The notes under the pieces were generated by a model. The model was given only the letters and a program-made list of their open reading frames with translations. It was not told where the DNA came from and searched no databases. Positions 7,256-14,055 of a stretch of 24,840 bases of DNA are shown piece by piece. A program made the translations under genes and the position numbers. The stretch lies in the UHGV virus genome UHGV-0183909. The stretch is one strand, 5' to 3'. Source of the DNA: a virus. Every line of letters begins with the position of its first letter. Position 1 is the stretch's first letter.

Positions 7256-7939
7256 TTATCCAAACTCTATCATTTTAAGAGGTAAGCACCTGATAAGCTT
7301 GCCGAAAATGTATACTTCATTCATTTCATGTTCTTCTATGAAGAACGGCGGATAGTGCTCATTGTCTGATAGGACTGCCAGACGACGACCTTTAACTTTT
7401 TGTAGTCGTTTTACAAAGGTGCTGTCCTCGAAGTTGAACACGTAAACGCCATCGCCGCTAAATTGCTCCACCTTACTATCAATGAAGAGCAGATCCTTAG
7501 GGCACAACGTTGGCATCATACTGTCGCCATCAACGTTGATCATAACGATACCATCCAAGCTTCTCCGGCCAAACAATTCGAAAATCCTTTCTTCTGGTAT
7601 TTCTATCGAGCTGACAATCGTTGGGAACGGTTGATTGATATATCCCGAACCGGCTGACGCATGCACATCCAATTGCTGAATTCTAACCGTCCCGGTAGCA
7701 GGCGCATCACCGCCATTAACGGGTACCCCGTAATCAAGATAAGCAGGGGATACGGCAAGCCTGTCTGCAATTCGAATCATCTTTTCATCTCTTGGTTTTG
7801 CAGTACCAAGAGTATAGCGTCGCGCCATCTCATATGAGACACCACTGAACTCTGACAATTCTTTAACTCCAATTGATTGCTCTTGGAGAGACTTGTTTAG
7901 CCTGTCGGCAAAGTCTTTGTATTTAGCATTTTCCACCAT
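7256..7939 (-). CDS. CI-like prophage repressor (N-terminal HTH, C-terminal LexA/S24-like autoproteolysis domain)
   Basis: HTH-like segment SIGVKELSEFSGVSYEMARRY. C-terminal S24-like features: AGSG before a predicted cleavage region, VDGDSMMP (catalytic Ser motif), VFNFEDSTFVKRL (Lys region). Start could instead be the upstream in-frame ATG at 7975 if the transcript is leaderless. Confidence 0.85.
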   Translation of the reverse strand: MVENAKYKDFADRLNKSLQEQSIGVKELSEFSGVSYEMARRYTLGTAKPRDEKMIRIADRLAVSPAYLDYGVPVNGGDAPATGTVRIQQLDVHASAGSGYINQPFPTIVSSIEIPEERIFELFGRRSLDGIVMINVDGDSMMPTLCPKDLLFIDSKVEQFSGDGVYVFNFEDSTFVKRLQKVKGRRLAVLSDNEHYPPFFIEEHEMNEVYIFGKLIRCLPLKMIEFG

Positions 7940-7987
7940 AAGTAGAAGATTAAGCGCACAAGGCATAGTTGTCATTTCTATTTTAAG

Positions 7988-8023
7988 TTGCTAATAATTG
8001 CTACTATAAGTAGTATTGACGCA
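7988..8023 (+). promoter_or_regulatory. Candidate PR promoter with embedded OR operator
   Basis: -35 TTGCTA (7988-7993), 17-nt spacer, -10 TAGTAT (8011-8016). Operator CTACTATAAGTAG (8001-8013) mirrors the PL arrangement. Confidence 0.55.
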
Positions 8024-8044
8024 AGCTTAGTCACAGGAGAGAAC

Positions 8045-8311
8045 ATGTCAGACCAACACAAGAATGTCACCGCTAAAGCTGTTAAAGCGGTTGGCTCAAT
8101 CTCTGAAGTGTCCAGAAAATTCGAATTTCAGTCAGTTCAATCAGTTGCGAACTGGATTTCGAAAAACAGAGTCCCTTCAGAAAGGGTGATTCAGTTATGT
8201 CAGTGGGGTGGGTGGACTGTAACGCCACATCAATTACGACCAGATATTTACCCAAATAAACATGATGGATTACCGGTACAGCCAAACAGTACGCAACTTT
8301 TAGTTGATTGA
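8045..8311 (+). CDS. Cro-like repressor (YdaS/Cro-type HTH family)
   Basis: AGGAGA RBS then ATG at 8045. Sequence VKAVGSISEVSRKFEFQSVQSVANWISKNRVPSERV...LRPDIYP resembles the YdaS-type Cro family; divergent from cI across the operator region. Confidence 0.8.
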   Translation: MSDQHKNVTAKAVKAVGSISEVSRKFEFQSVQSVANWISKNRVPSERVIQLCQWGGWTVTPHQLRPDIYPNKHDGLPVQPNSTQLLVD

Positions 8312-8333
8312 TAACTACCAAAGGAAAAACAAG

Positions 8334-8804
8334 ATGGTAGAGCAGACCCTGAAAGAAGTAGTGAAAGCGATGTGCAAAGCATATCCCGGTGGCCGCGAGG
8401 CTATGGCTGGTGCATTGGGCATGTCAGTAACTCAGTTCAATAACAACCTGTATGAGAAAAACGGCTGTCGTTTCTTTGAGGTAACAGAGCTGGAAGCGAT
8501 GGAAGACATTTCCAACACATCGCTGGTGGCTGATTACTTTGCTAAGCGTCGTGGTGCTTTGCTGGTGGACAGGCCACTCCTGGAAGATCTGGACCGCGTT
8601 GATTTATTCAGTCGGGCAATACGTACATCTGCGGCGCGTGGGCAGGTTGACCAAATCATTGAGCAGGCTCTGGAAGATGGGGTGATCGAGCAGCATGAAG
8701 CAGAAGAAATTATGGAACATCACCGCCGCCACCTGGCAGCACGTGAGGAAGAGATTCAGGCAATCATCACTCTTTTCGGACGTAAGAAAAGCCAAAAAAA
8801 GTGA
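8334..8804 (+). CDS. CII-like regulatory protein (YdaT-like)
   Basis: Internal ATG with AAGGA RBS. Position directly after cro and similarity to YdaT-type proteins (GALGMSVTQFNN...). Confidence 0.7.
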   Translation: MVEQTLKEVVKAMCKAYPGGREAMAGALGMSVTQFNNNLYEKNGCRFFEVTELEAMEDISNTSLVADYFAKRRGALLVDRPLLEDLDRVDLFSRAIRTSAARGQVDQIIEQALEDGVIEQHEAEEIMEHHRRHLAAREEEIQAIITLFGRKKSQKK

Positions 8805-8865
8805 CGCCAGCGAGTGTGCAGCTCCTGGCGTCGTGGCGTGTCGTTATCAAGTGGAGAACTAACGC

Positions 8866-9204
8866 ATGAACAGTGTAAACCGATTCAGACCAGTTAAGCA
8901 ATTCAGATGCCCACCGCTGGTGGGGCGTGATGCCCCGTTCGGCTATGTGGGAATAGTACGTACAGCGAACGGAAGCCACAACTACCAGTGTGGTTCAGAG
9001 ATGGTAGAGGCGTTTACTCAGATGAATGAGAAGGGGCGTGAGGAGTGGCTGAAGTTGACCGGCGATTCAGAGACCACCGTGGAATCGAAGTCAGGGTTAT
9101 CCGTTGGGAGCCCGAGACCGGACGCGTTATATACCTTCGCCAAGGGTACGATCATGAGTGCTTCAGCCCTCTTGAACAATTCCAGCGTAAGTTTACAGAG
9201 TTAA
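8866..9204 (+). CDS. Hypothetical protein
   Basis: 112-aa ORF between the cII-like and replication genes; no recognisable domain and weak RBS. Confidence 0.4.
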   Translation: MNSVNRFRPVKQFRCPPLVGRDAPFGYVGIVRTANGSHNYQCGSEMVEAFTQMNEKGREEWLKLTGDSETTVESKSGLSVGSPRPDALYTFAKGTIMSASALLNNSSVSLQS

Positions 9205-9213
9205 AGGACGACC

Positions 9214-10098
9214 ATGAGCACTAAATTAACCGGTTACGTTTGGGACGCTTGCGCTTCTTCAGGCATGAAGTTGTCCAGCGTTGCCATCATGGCGCGTCTG
9301 GCAGACTTCAGCAGCGATGAGGGAGTTAGCTGGCCTTCAATTGGCACTATTGCTCGTCAGATTGGCGCTGGTGAAAGCACTGTACGCACAGCGATATCCC
9401 AACTGGAGAAGGATGGCTGGCTTACTCGTAAACAGCGCCGCAATGGCAACCGTAACGCCTCAAACGTGTATCAACTGAATGTCGCGAAGCTTCGTGATGC
9501 AGCTTTCTCTCACCTGTCAGATTCTGACGCATCAAAATCTGATGCATCAAAATCCGACCCGTCAAAATTTGAGGCATCAAAAAACGACGATAACGGCACT
9601 TTTGACCCGTCAGAATCTGGTGGGGATCCGTCAGTAAAATCAAAACCAGAACCATCAGTTAAAAATAAAACCCCTTGTCCGGTTCCTTCGAAACCTGACG
9701 ACGTCGATTCTGATCCTGCTGTTCAGGTTCTTGACCATTTCAACCAGGTCACCGGGTCTGAATACGGTCGTGGTGGTCGTAACAAAACCACGCTGGGATA
9801 CATCCGTGGTCGTCTCGCTGAAGATTACACCGCTGATGATTTGAAACTGGTGGTGGATTATCTCAACGCCAAGTGGGCAGACGATTCGAAGATGAGTGAC
9901 TACCTGCGCCCTAAAACGCTTTTCGGCGCGGAAAATTGCACGGAGTACTTCGAGAAGGCCAAGAAGTGGCGAAAGAGCGGTAGCCCGAAATGTGTCAACG
10001 GGCGCTGGGTCAAAGAGTCTGATCCGGTCCCTGTTACTCGTGAATCCTACGATAACGTTGATTACGCACTGCCTGAGAACGCGGGGTTCCGCCAATGA
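9214..10098 (+). CDS. Replication initiation protein (lambda O-like / DnaD-like: N-terminal winged helix, conserved phage C-terminal domain)
   Basis: 294-aa ORF. N-terminal HTH-like region (SWPSIGTIARQIGAGESTVRTAISQLEKDGWL) and C-terminal region (LGYIRGRLAEDYTADDLKLVVDYLNAKWADD) typical of phage replisome organisers. Origin-like iterons lie in the linker. Confidence 0.8.
   Translation: MSTKLTGYVWDACASSGMKLSSVAIMARLADFSSDEGVSWPSIGTIARQIGAGESTVRTAISQLEKDGWLTRKQRRNGNRNASNVYQLNVAKLRDAAFSHLSDSDASKSDASKSDPSKFEASKNDDNGTFDPSESGGDPSVKSKPEPSVKNKTPCPVPSKPDDVDSDPAVQVLDHFNQVTGSEYGRGGRNKTTLGYIRGRLAEDYTADDLKLVVDYLNAKWADDSKMSDYLRPKTLFGAENCTEYFEKAKKWRKSGSPKCVNGRWVKESDPVPVTRESYDNVDYALPENAGFRQ
9526..9672 (+). 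repeat. Candidate replication origin: four contiguous 15-bp iterons plus three degenerate copies, then an A-rich tract, inside the O-like gene
   Basis: GACGCATCAAAATCT / GATGCATCAAAATCC / GACCCGTCAAAATTT / GAGGCATCAAAAAAC in tandem at 9526-9585; further copies GACCCGTCAGAATCT, GATCCGTCAGTAAAATC, ACCATCAGTTAAAAAT; then GTTAAAAATAAAACC. Confidence 0.6.
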
Positions 10099-10568
10099 GC
10101 ATGCTGAAAGAAGTTCAGGCCTTCCTTGCCAAAAATCCTGGGTCCGGAAGTGCGGAGATTGTGGAGGCGTTCAGCCAGTACAGCGCACGAAGTATTCAAC
10201 GCACAGTGTGCCGACTTTATGACCTGAACCGTGCTACTCGTGAAACCGTTGGTAACCGCTTTGTCTACTCAGCTGATATGCCACTGGATATGGCGAAAGG
10301 GTGCGCTTCTCCTGCAAAAGTCGTTGTTCAACAAATGCCACGACAGGTAGTTACTCATCTCATCGAAAAAGCCGATCACCTTATGAGTCGTGGACTTTAT
10401 CGCCGCGCTGCCACGATGTTCATGGAAGCGTTCGAAGGGGCTGTTCATACCGAAGAGCGAGACTATTGCTTACGCCAGCGTCAGCGCTGCCTAAAGAAAT
10501 GCGCAGTGGACAAAAAGCGGCAGGAGGAATGGTGTCTTGCCGGGAAGTTTTGTGGAGGTGACATGTGA
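10095..10568 (+). CDS. PerC-like putative transcriptional regulator, in the position usually held by a helicase loader
   Basis: Start overlaps the O-like stop (ATGA). Motif SRGLYRRAATMFMEAF resembles the conserved GLWRRAA core of PerC-family activators as I recall it. Confidence 0.55.
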   Translation: MSMLKEVQAFLAKNPGSGSAEIVEAFSQYSARSIQRTVCRLYDLNRATRETVGNRFVYSADMPLDMAKGCASPAKVVVQQMPRQVVTHLIEKADHLMSRGLYRRAATMFMEAFEGAVHTEERDYCLRQRQRCLKKCAVDKKRQEEWCLAGKFCGGDM

Positions 10569-11233
10569 ACTACGAGCTGATTTACGCCGATCCTCCATGG
10601 TCATACGACAACACAGCCAGCAACGGTGCAGCAGAAAACCATTATGGAACGATGAAGCTCATCGACATTAAACGCCTTCCAGTGTGGGAGCTTTCTGCTG
10701 AAAACGCCGTGTTGGCCATGTGGTACACCGGGACGCATACCCGCGAGGCTATAGAGCTGGCGGAAGCATGGGGATTCAAGGTCCGCACGATGAAGGGCTT
10801 CACCTGGGTCAAGTTCAATCCGCTCGCGGAGAAGCACATCAACAAAGCGCTGCAGGCTGGGGGTGTGGAGGACTTTTACGATTTCCTCGACCTGTTGAAC
10901 GTCCAGACCAGGATGAACGGCGGCAACCACACCCGAGCCAATACAGAAGACCTGTTGATCGCCACAAAAGGGAAGGGGTTAGAGCGCCTGAACGCCGGTA
11001 TTAAGCAGGTTGTTTACAGCCCACTCGGTGTACACAGCCAAAAGCCCTGGGAAGTTCGCCACCGCTTAGAGCTACTTTACGGTGATGTATCGCGCATTGA
11101 ATTATTCAGCCGCAACGGTTCGCCAGGCTGGGACCACTGGGGCAATGAAGCGGAAAACCCTTCGGTGTTTATGGCTCCTGGTTATGTCTGTCCGGTTGAT
11201 ATGCAGGATGAGGTGACCAATGCCGGGTATTGA
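10565..11233 (+). CDS. MT-A70 family DNA N6-adenine methyltransferase (orphan, no adjacent restriction enzyme)
   Basis: GTG start overlapping the upstream stop. LIYADPPWSY contains the DPPW catalytic motif near the N-terminus, typical of MT-A70-type enzymes. Confidence 0.85.
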   Translation: MNYELIYADPPWSYDNTASNGAAENHYGTMKLIDIKRLPVWELSAENAVLAMWYTGTHTREAIELAEAWGFKVRTMKGFTWVKFNPLAEKHINKALQAGGVEDFYDFLDLLNVQTRMNGGNHTRANTEDLLIATKGKGLERLNAGIKQVVYSPLGVHSQKPWEVRHRLELLYGDVSRIELFSRNGSPGWDHWGNEAENPSVFMAPGYVCPVDMQDEVTNAGY

Positions 11234-11438
11234 AGAGCGTAACCTCCTGAAGAACATTGCCCGGAAAGTGAATGATGAAATCAGAGCAGAGCGGAAAGCC
11301 AGGCCCAATGAAAGCCCTGACTCGATATCGAGAAGGATCATGAACCGAGAAATGCCGATGGTTAAGTTGATGGGTTTTATGCCGTCCCATCTCTACTTCG
11401 AGATCGGTGTGCTCAATGGCAAATGTAAGGAGCGGTGA
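11220..11438 (+). CDS. Hypothetical small basic protein
   Basis: 72-aa ORF; its start overlaps the methyltransferase 3' end. Confidence 0.5.
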   Translation: MPGIEERNLLKNIARKVNDEIRAERKARPNESPDSISRRIMNREMPMVKLMGFMPSHLYFEIGVLNGKCKER

Positions 11439-11439
11439 G

Positions 11440-11760
11440 ATGGAACAGTTAACAATGCGTCAGGAAGAAGTACTTGGGATTATCGAAAACTACCAGCAGC
11501 GTATGGGGTTTCCGCCAACCGTCTACGAGCTGGCAAATCTGATGGGCTGCACATCCGGCAATGCGGCGGCGATTCAAATCAAGGCTCTGGAGAAGAAGGG
11601 CTATATCTCTGTCGCTCGCGGCGCAGCCAGGGGGATCACCATTCTGCGGGAGAGTCAGGAGCCTGATGCTGTAAGCATCGTTCGGGCGCTGCTGGTGGGC
11701 GATGCTGACGCGCGTCAGAAAGCAGTCTCCTGGCTGGAATCAAAAGGGGTAACGATTTGA
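11440..11760 (+). CDS. LexA N-terminal DNA-binding-domain-like protein lacking the S24 peptidase domain
   Basis: AAGGAG RBS 8 nt upstream of the ATG. LTMRQEEVLGIIENYQQRMGFPPTVYELANLMGCTSGNAAAIQIKALEKKGYISVARGAARGITIL aligns by eye with the LexA winged-helix DBD (LTARQQEV...[32 protein letters not shown]...SRGIRLL). Only about 40 residues follow and there is no Ser-Lys dyad region. Confidence 0.7.
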   Translation: MEQLTMRQEEVLGIIENYQQRMGFPPTVYELANLMGCTSGNAAAIQIKALEKKGYISVARGAARGITILRESQEPDAVSIVRALLVGDADARQKAVSWLESKGVTI

Positions 11761-12155
11761 AACTGACACTCCCGTTTCCCCCAACGGTCAATTCCTACTA
11801 CCGCGCCCCTGATAAGGGCGCTTTGAAGGGTAAGCACCTGATCAGCGAGGCAGGCCGTAAATTCAAGAAGAACGTCTATGCCGCAGTGGTGACGCAGTAT
11901 GGCGGTATACCAAAGCCGGTAACTATTGACGTTGAGGTGAACATTACGCTTTACCCGCCAGACAGACGCCGCCGCGACCTGGACAACTACAACAAGGCGC
12001 TCTTTGACGCACTGACCAACGCCAGAGTGTGGGCTGATGATAGCCAGGTTAAGCGCATGCAAATTGAATGGGGGCATGTGGTGAAGCAGGGGAAGGTTGA
12101 TATGACCATCTCAAAATATCAACGGGATGGAGACTGTTGCCATGCTTCCTCCTAA
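11757..12155 (+). CDS. rusA: RusA-family Holliday junction resolvase
   Basis: TTG start overlapping the upstream stop. Motifs LPFPPTVNSYY and PDRRRRDLDNYNKALFDALTNARVWADDSQV match the RusA family. Confidence 0.85.
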   Translation: MKLTLPFPPTVNSYYRAPDKGALKGKHLISEAGRKFKKNVYAAVVTQYGGIPKPVTIDVEVNITLYPPDRRRRDLDNYNKALFDALTNARVWADDSQVKRMQIEWGHVVKQGKVDMTISKYQRDGDCCHASS

Positions 12156-12231
12156 AAATGAGTGTATTGTAAGCAAGTGCCAGCGAACCGGGAGTGCAGT
12201 CCCGCTCGCATTACAACAAGTGGAGAGGCCA

Positions 12232-12843
12232 ATGGATCAGTTATTCGTAATTGATGGCGTTTCTGTACGCCAGTATTTTGAATCTAACTATTGCCTGAAT
12301 GACCTTCAGAAAGCAGCCATTAACGCTAGTGGTGAAACTCGCTCATCACGATCGATGGAGGTTTACGAGTTCATGCGCTGCCCTGAAACGCAGGCGCTTG
12401 TAGAATTGCTCGAAAAAGAAACTACGGGAAATTCCCGTAGTATCCCGGTAATGACTATCCAGGGACGTAATGGCGGTACTTACGTTTGCAAAGAACTGGT
12501 TTACGCATACGCGATGTGGATCAGCCCTGCGTTTAATCTCAAAGTAATCCGGACATTTGACGCCCTTCAAAACCCAACTTCGGAAAGCATCACATCAGAC
12601 AAAATTCAGGCTGGCGTGATCCTGCTTGAATCAGCGGCTAAAATGCTGAACCTCTCAAACTCTTCAAGACTTGGTGCGTACCAGAAGCTTCAGCAAGTAG
12701 CAGGACTCCCTGATTTATGCCGCACTACGCCATTGATGCCCCTGCTGGTGCGCCAGACGGTTCAAGCCGTCCAACTCAATCCCTTAGCGCTTTACTCAAA
12801 GCCAACAATCTTCGCATCACGGCTAATCAGGTCTACCACATGA
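12232..12843 (+). CDS. KilA-N domain protein (antirepressor-like); 3' end ambiguous because of a frame overlap
   Basis: GGAGAG RBS then ATG at 12232. MDQLFVIDGVSVRQYFESNYCLNDLQKA...KELVYAYAMWISPAFNLKVIRTFD resembles the KilA-N fold. Confidence 0.7.
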   Translation: MDQLFVIDGVSVRQYFESNYCLNDLQKAAINASGETRSSRSMEVYEFMRCPETQALVELLEKETTGNSRSIPVMTIQGRNGGTYVCKELVYAYAMWISPAFNLKVIRTFDALQNPTSESITSDKIQAGVILLESAAKMLNLSNSSRLGAYQKLQQVAGLPDLCRTTPLMPLLVRQTVQAVQLNPLALYSKPTIFASRLIRSTT

Positions 12844-13046
12844 TGTCCAGACAGGGCATCGTTGAGCAAAAAGAGCGCCGCAGCCGTTCCGGTGTTAATG
12901 GCGTGAAGAAGTTCTGGTCTCTCACTGCCAAGGGTTGCCTGTACGGGAAGAACATCACCAGCCCGGCAAACCCACGCGAAACACAGCCGCATTTCTTCGA
13001 ATCGAAGTTTGCGGAGTTGATGAAAATTATCGATCTCGTTGGCTGA
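12840..13046 (+). CDS. Small ORF, either coupled to the KilA-N gene (ATGA overlap) or the displaced C-terminal part of a frameshifted KilA-N gene
   Basis: A second protein-like frame is open from 12714 to 13046 and overlaps the 3' end of the KilA-N ORF; an in-frame ATG at 12840 overlaps the KilA-N stop. Confidence 0.35.
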   Translation: MMSRQGIVEQKERRSRSGVNGVKKFWSLTAKGCLYGKNITSPANPRETQPHFFESKFAELMKIIDLVG

Positions 13047-13053
13047 GGTGTAA

Positions 13054-14043
13054 GTGAGAGCTCTGTTAACGCCGGAAGTTGCTAATGGGCTGGGTATCGT
13101 ATTGTTCCGTCCCGGTCCTGACCTGATGTACCTGTTCAAACGTGGGCGCGTACTGATTGAAGAAGAGCCGGAGAACTACGCCACCTTTCCAACAGGGGCA
13201 ATCCCTCCCGCATCTCAACCACTGGCAGAAGAGCCAATGATGAAGGCCGTGTTTGAGAATAAGAAGGTGATAGCGCGTGCTGGTGGGCTTGTTTCACTCG
13301 ACAGGTGGTTAGAGAGTTCATTCGTCTGTCAGTGGCCCCACAACGACTATCACAGCCCGCATTTTACGCTGTTTCGCCATTATCCAGGCTCAATCAGATT
13401 GTGCTGGGCATGTGATAACCAATTACGTGATCAGACCACGGAAAGACTGGCAGGCATAGCGCGTGAAAACCTGGTATCCTGGATTTTATCTGTAGTGCTT
13501 CGTGAGCTGGGTTTCAGTGATGACCACCAGCTTACTCTTCCTGAGTTTTGCTGGTGGATGGTGCGAAGTGGCCTGGCTGATGTCATCCCTGAAGGGATAG
13601 CGACTAAAGCCATGGGAATGAAGCCAGAAGAGCATCAGTCAGTGATGCGGGAGAGTGACATTGTTCCGCGTCCGGCAGCGACGGAAGTACTGCAGGAAAG
13701 GGCGAAAAAGGTACTGACGATAAAGGTTGATGACGAATCGCCGGAATCTTTCATGCTGAGGCCTAAGCGCCGTCGCTGGGAAAATGAGAAGTACACGCGC
13801 TGGGTTAAAGCACAGCCGTGCGCCTGCTGTAACAAGCAGGCAGATGACCCCCATCACCTGATAGGCCACGGTCAGGGTGGAATGGGTACAAAAGCGCATG
13901 ATCTCTTTGTGTTGCCGTTGTGCAGGCTGCATCACCGGGAGCTTCATGATGACACCGTGGCATTTGAGAAGAAATACGGCTCACAACTGGAGCTGATATT
14001 TCGTTTTATCGATCGTGCGCTGGCAACCGGCGTACTGGCGTAA
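13054..14043 (+). CDS. DUF968 (YdfU-like) protein with a C-terminal Cys/His-rich motif
   Basis: 329-aa ORF with GTG start. C-terminus CACCNKQADDPHHLIGHG...LCRLHHRELHDD. Sits directly upstream of the Q-like gene, as ydfU does in the Qin prophage. Confidence 0.75.
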   Translation: MRALLTPEVANGLGIVLFRPGPDLMYLFKRGRVLIEEEPENYATFPTGAIPPASQPLAEEPMMKAVFENKKVIARAGGLVSLDRWLESSFVCQWPHNDYHSPHFTLFRHYPGSIRLCWACDNQLRDQTTERLAGIARENLVSWILSVVLRELGFSDDHQLTLPEFCWWMVRSGLADVIPEGIATKAMGMKPEEHQSVMRESDIVPRPAATEVLQERAKKVLTIKVDDESPESFMLRPKRRRWENEKYTRWVKAQPCACCNKQADDPHHLIGHGQGGMGTKAHDLFVLPLCRLHHRELHDDTVAFEKKYGSQLELIFRFIDRALATGVLA

Positions 14044-14055
14044 GTGGAGAACGCT

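Noticed and set aside
6991-7263. 90-aa minus-strand ORF between cI and the tRNA-Arg, the only candidate position for an N-like gene
   Set aside because: It overlaps the cI terminator, the PL promoter/operator and the leader hairpins, and has low-complexity, Cys-rich composition with no Arg-rich motif. Most likely a chance ORF in regulatory DNA.
7256-7975. Longer version of the cI-like ORF starting at the upstream ATG (MTTMPCALNLLLM...)
   Set aside because: The extra 12 residues are hydrophobic and atypical for an HTH repressor N-terminus, so the ATG at 7939 was preferred. A leaderless transcript starting at 7975 remains possible because a TAAAAT -10-like hexamer lies just upstream.
8045-8804. 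YdaS/YdaT-like gene pair considered as a toxin-antitoxin module
   Set aside because: Position immediately rightward of cI across the operator, divergent transcription and HTH content fit Cro/CII-type regulators of the lysis-lysogeny switch; no toxin-like motifs were seen.
9526-9672. Tandem 15-bp repeats considered as a possible CRISPR array or VNTR
   Set aside because: The repeats are contiguous with no spacers, lie in-frame within the O-like gene linker and are followed by an A-rich tract; this matches origin iterons rather than CRISPR.
9655-10095. 146-aa minus-strand ORF
   Set aside because: Antisense shadow of the well-supported O-like replication gene; no RBS or recognisable domain.
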